DNA from: Narcine bancroftii
Lineage: Eukaryota
Reading direction: 5' to 3'
DNA: 64,000 bases
Assembly (NCBI RefSeq): GCF_036971445.1
Contig: NC_091480.1
Coordinates: 13,392,001-13,456,000, forward strand
Shown: piece after piece, positions 60,500 through 64,000 of the stretch
Position numbering within the stretch: position 1 is the stretch's first letter
How the letters are laid out: every line of letters starts with the position of its first letter
The notes under the pieces: generated by a model
Seen by the model: only the letters and a program-made list of their open reading frames with translations
Told to the model about the DNA's origin: nothing
Database searches by the model: none
Made by a program: the position numbers and the translations under genes

Positions 60500-61474
60500 G
60501 TAAGTTTATTGTTGTTTAACTTTTATTCATTGTATATATTAAATGTGCATGAGAGACTTCAGTATGTTTTGGGTTCACCTCTTTCATTACTGTAATATTA
60601 ACTTAAGTTCTGAGTCCTGAAATATGGTTTCACTCAAAAAGTCGACCATCCACTTCTCTCCACGGATGCTGCCTGACCTTTTGAGTTCCTCCAGCATATT
60701 GTATTTTTTCTCCAAATTCCAGCATCTGCCATTCTCTTGTCTTTTAACTTTTTAAGTTCTATTTTTTAATACAAAGGACATAATTTGGTGCATTTTATTT
60801 GTTGCATTGAAACAATTATCCACTTGCTCTGTTTATAAAAAAAAACTGCTCAATAAATTTCAAATTTTTTCCTTCGCAATTTCTTTGTGAATTTAATTAA
60901 CTTACAATGAGAATCACTTTTTAAAAAAAATTGCAACATTACAGTAAAAAATGAATAAAACATTAATCAAATATCCATAGCCAATTATACAAAAAAAGTA
61001 CTTTTATATTTTTCTCCCCATCCCCCCCACCCAAAAATAAGAAAAGAAACACCCACCATTTAATAAACAATAATATTGGCAGAGACAATCATTAATTGTT
61101 ATTTAAAAATTACTAATTAAGAGGAGTGGACAATGAGAATTATCAATGAAAAACAACTGCCGAGTTCCTCAAATGAATCCATTAGGTCTGCAATTTCAAA
61201 TTGGAAAAAATGCTGTGTTATCATTGATCACCTATAATTCGGATATTAAATTTATGTGGATTTAAATTTCCATTAGCTTCAAAAAGTGTTTGTCATTTTA
61301 TTAATATTAATTATATAAAAATGCTTGTGGGTCCTGTTGCCTTAACTAGCTTTTAAGTGTTTGTTTGAGGCAGCGCTTGAGAATTTTTTTTTGTGCGTGA
61401 TATGAGGATTAAAAAAATAATGTGTTTTGAATGTTACCATCCAATATGAGTAATATTTTTTAAAAATTAATTTA

Positions 61475-61722
61475 GACATACAGCACAGTAACAGGCTATT
61501 TTGGCTCACATTTCCGTGCCGCCCAATTTTAAACCCTATTAACCTGCACCTCCGGTTCATTTTGAATGGTGGGATGAAACCGGAGCCCCCGGAGAAAACC
61601 CACGGACAAATGGGGAGAATGTACAAACTCTTTACAGGCAGCGTGGGACTTGAACCCCGGTCCATTTCCGATTGTTGGCGCTGTAAAGGTATTACGCTAA
61701 CTGCTGCACCAACTGTGCCGTA
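61475..61722 (-). mobile_element. SINE (similar copies ~22565-22790, ~48665-48880, ~52495-52700 on -, ~44330-44560 on +)
   Basis: Shared core AAACCGGAGCACCCGGAGAAAACCCAC...GGGAGAATGTACAAACTC and CR1-like tail CATACAGCACAGTAACAGGC. Confidence 0.7.
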
Positions 61723-62639
61723 AGATGCAGAATAATGCAGTGAATTTGCCATCAGAACTTTGGGTATTGTCCCTACGAGTTCCAAACAAAAGCCAAGACT
61801 GCTCAAATCTGAAGCTAAACACAATTTGCTGGAGGAACTCAGCAAACCTTGCTGAAGGATTCGATCCTGAAACGTTGAGCATTCTTTTTCTCTCGCTGTA
61901 AACTCATCCCACTAAGTTCCTCCAGTAGACTGTGTTTGTTCCAAACCAAAGCTACTGGAAAGTGCTTGCTGGTATCAAGAGGGAAAATGAGTCTCAAATC
62001 CCTGCCTCTGGAAAAGAGCAAATTTTGGCAAAAGCCAATCTCTGATGCTTTTCTTCATGGCCAGTGGCAATTGCAATAAATGAGAAGAAAATAAAATCTG
62101 CCTCAATAAAAAAAAGTGATCAAATGATATGCTTGTTTTAACAGTTAAGACACTGAGAATTATTTAATGTTTCTCCTGTTAAAAGCAATGTTGATTTTTT
62201 AAAATTATAATATTTTTTATTGAATGAAGTATGTGGACTTTGTCAGTTTTACTACTTTATTCTATGATACTTCCAAGTCACTAATACTTTTTTATTATTA
62301 ATTTTATGAAATTTATTGCCAATCCTACATTGCTTCAAGGAGCTACGGTCAGCCAACATAGGATTAGGGCCTTTGACTGTGGGCAACCATGATCCCAAAT
62401 GAACAATCCCATCTGCCAGCACATGATTTGTATACCACCATTCCCTGCACATTCACGTGCCTGTCTAAATGCTTCCTAAATGTTGCTGTCATCTGTTTCC
62501 ACCATCTCTCTTGGCAGTGTTCCATACATCTATCATTCACTGATGAAAGAAAACATGTTGATTGTGTGGTTAGAATATTTGCTGATCTCACTATTCTCCG
62601 TGCCTTTCTCCTGTATATGTGATGTACATAAATTACTTG

Positions 62640-63330
62640 CTGAAAATGTAAGTGGATAGGTTAGTAAGCTTGGAGATTATGTAAGTTGTTGTGGATAGTG
62701 TAGGAGACTATCAAAGGATGCAACAGATACGTTGCAAATAGAAACTTAGCACTAGATTCACAGTGTTTGCAGACTTTCCTGTGGCAAATAGATAACGATC
62801 AGTTGGAGAAATGGCCAATGGAGTTAAATCTGGACAAGTGTGAAGTGTTGCACTTTCGGAGTGCATCAGGAAGGATGTAGAGGCTTTAGAAAGGCTACAA
62901 AAGAGACTGAGGGTGAGAAGTATGAGGAGAGTTTGGACAAACTTGGGTTGTTTTTGCTGGAGTGTAAGAGCTGAGGGGACGCCTGATAGAAGTCTGCATA
63001 AAATTAATAGAGTTATAGGAGGTACAGAGAGGGCAGATGGTCAGATACCCAGGGTAAAAATGTCAAAGGCCAGATAGCATACATTTATGATGAGAGGGCA
63101 AAAGTTTAAATGAGATGAGCAGGACAGCGTTTTACACAGAGAGTGATAGGTGCGTGCAATGGATTGCTAGGTGTAGTGGTGGAACCAGATACAATATTAA
63201 CTTCAAGTGGGTATTAGATGTATGAATATGTAGGGAGAGGAAGGCTATGGATCATGTGCAAACTGAAGAGAATGCGCTTTTTGCTAGGTCCAGACTTTGT
63301 GTGCTGAGGGGCCGTTCTTGTGATGTATTA
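62640..63330 (+). mobile_element. Old CR1 LINE 3' fragment
   Basis: EKWPMELNLDKCEVLHF and FTQRVIGACNGL remnants. Confidence 0.65.
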
Positions 63331-64000
63331 CAGTCTAGTTGCAAGTTTGAAATAATCAAGGATGGCAATTAAAATTTTCATATTTCTGCCTACGACGAGT
63401 GAGATAAAAACTTCAAATTTGAAATCTTGTAGATTTGAGAAGATAAATTTTAAAAAATCTGATGCTATGGATTTTTGAAGTGTGTGCCGTCAGAGCAAAA
63501 GTTCCCTATAAATTGGATTAATTGCTAACCATTATTACAGAACTTTTTTTTTCTCTGTTTTCCTCCAAAGCCTATCGATAGTTTGGATTCCATTGAAGAT
63601 ATCGAAACAGGTAAAATGAATTTAATTTTATATTCCTGCAAATTCTGCAGAGGCTTGGAAGAATTATTTGACAGTTTTTTCCATTCATGACGAGCATGGA
63701 AATAGGTAATTGAATGAGCTGTCTTCAGGAATTGTATTGCACACAAAGGAAGACAGAGATAGCTAATATTTAATCCAATGCTTTTTGAAATGTTTTCCCT
63801 TTCAGTGTAACAAAAAGTTGAATTTTTCTGAGATTATATATCTTTGGTTGTAGATTTTCCGGGAATAAGTCTGGGATCTTCAGTTGCCACACCTGATTCT
63901 TTGGATAAAATCCCTCACGCAGCAAGTGAGCCACCACCAATTCTAGTTGTTTCCAATTCTGCTTCACCTACAGTACATCTGTCCAAGAAAAACAACCTTC

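Overview
Vertebrate, intron- and repeat-rich DNA. The repeat set (CR1/HER1-type, Rex1, RTE, L1/Tx1, Penelope, Chapaev3-like) suggests a cartilaginous fish; that is inference. Host genes reconstructed from splice sites and protein motifs: (1) the first two coding exons of an EME2-like gene (- strand, CpG island ~2.75-3.65 kb); (2) a complete 7-coding-exon, 411-aa GH27 lysosomal glycosidase (- strand, 10624-22416) with a NAGA-type active site but a GLA-like exon layout and C-terminal domain; (3) a two-exon Myb/SANT-like (NAIF1/TSNARE1/MYPOP-type, Harbinger-related) gene at 33589-39786 (+), missed by the ORF track, with a broken start codon, a 7-bp duplication frameshift and an in-frame TGA; (4) the first six coding exons of ZC3H7A (+, 47058-60499). 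A 200-N assembly gap lies at 40444-40643. The most interesting points are the probable third GH27 paralog in EME2/ZC3H7A synteny, the recently disabled Myb/SANT gene, and minimal hammerhead-ribozyme motifs in Penelope-derived repeats, including a tandem array. Repeat boundaries without TSDs are approximate. Family assignments come from recalled motifs, not database searches.
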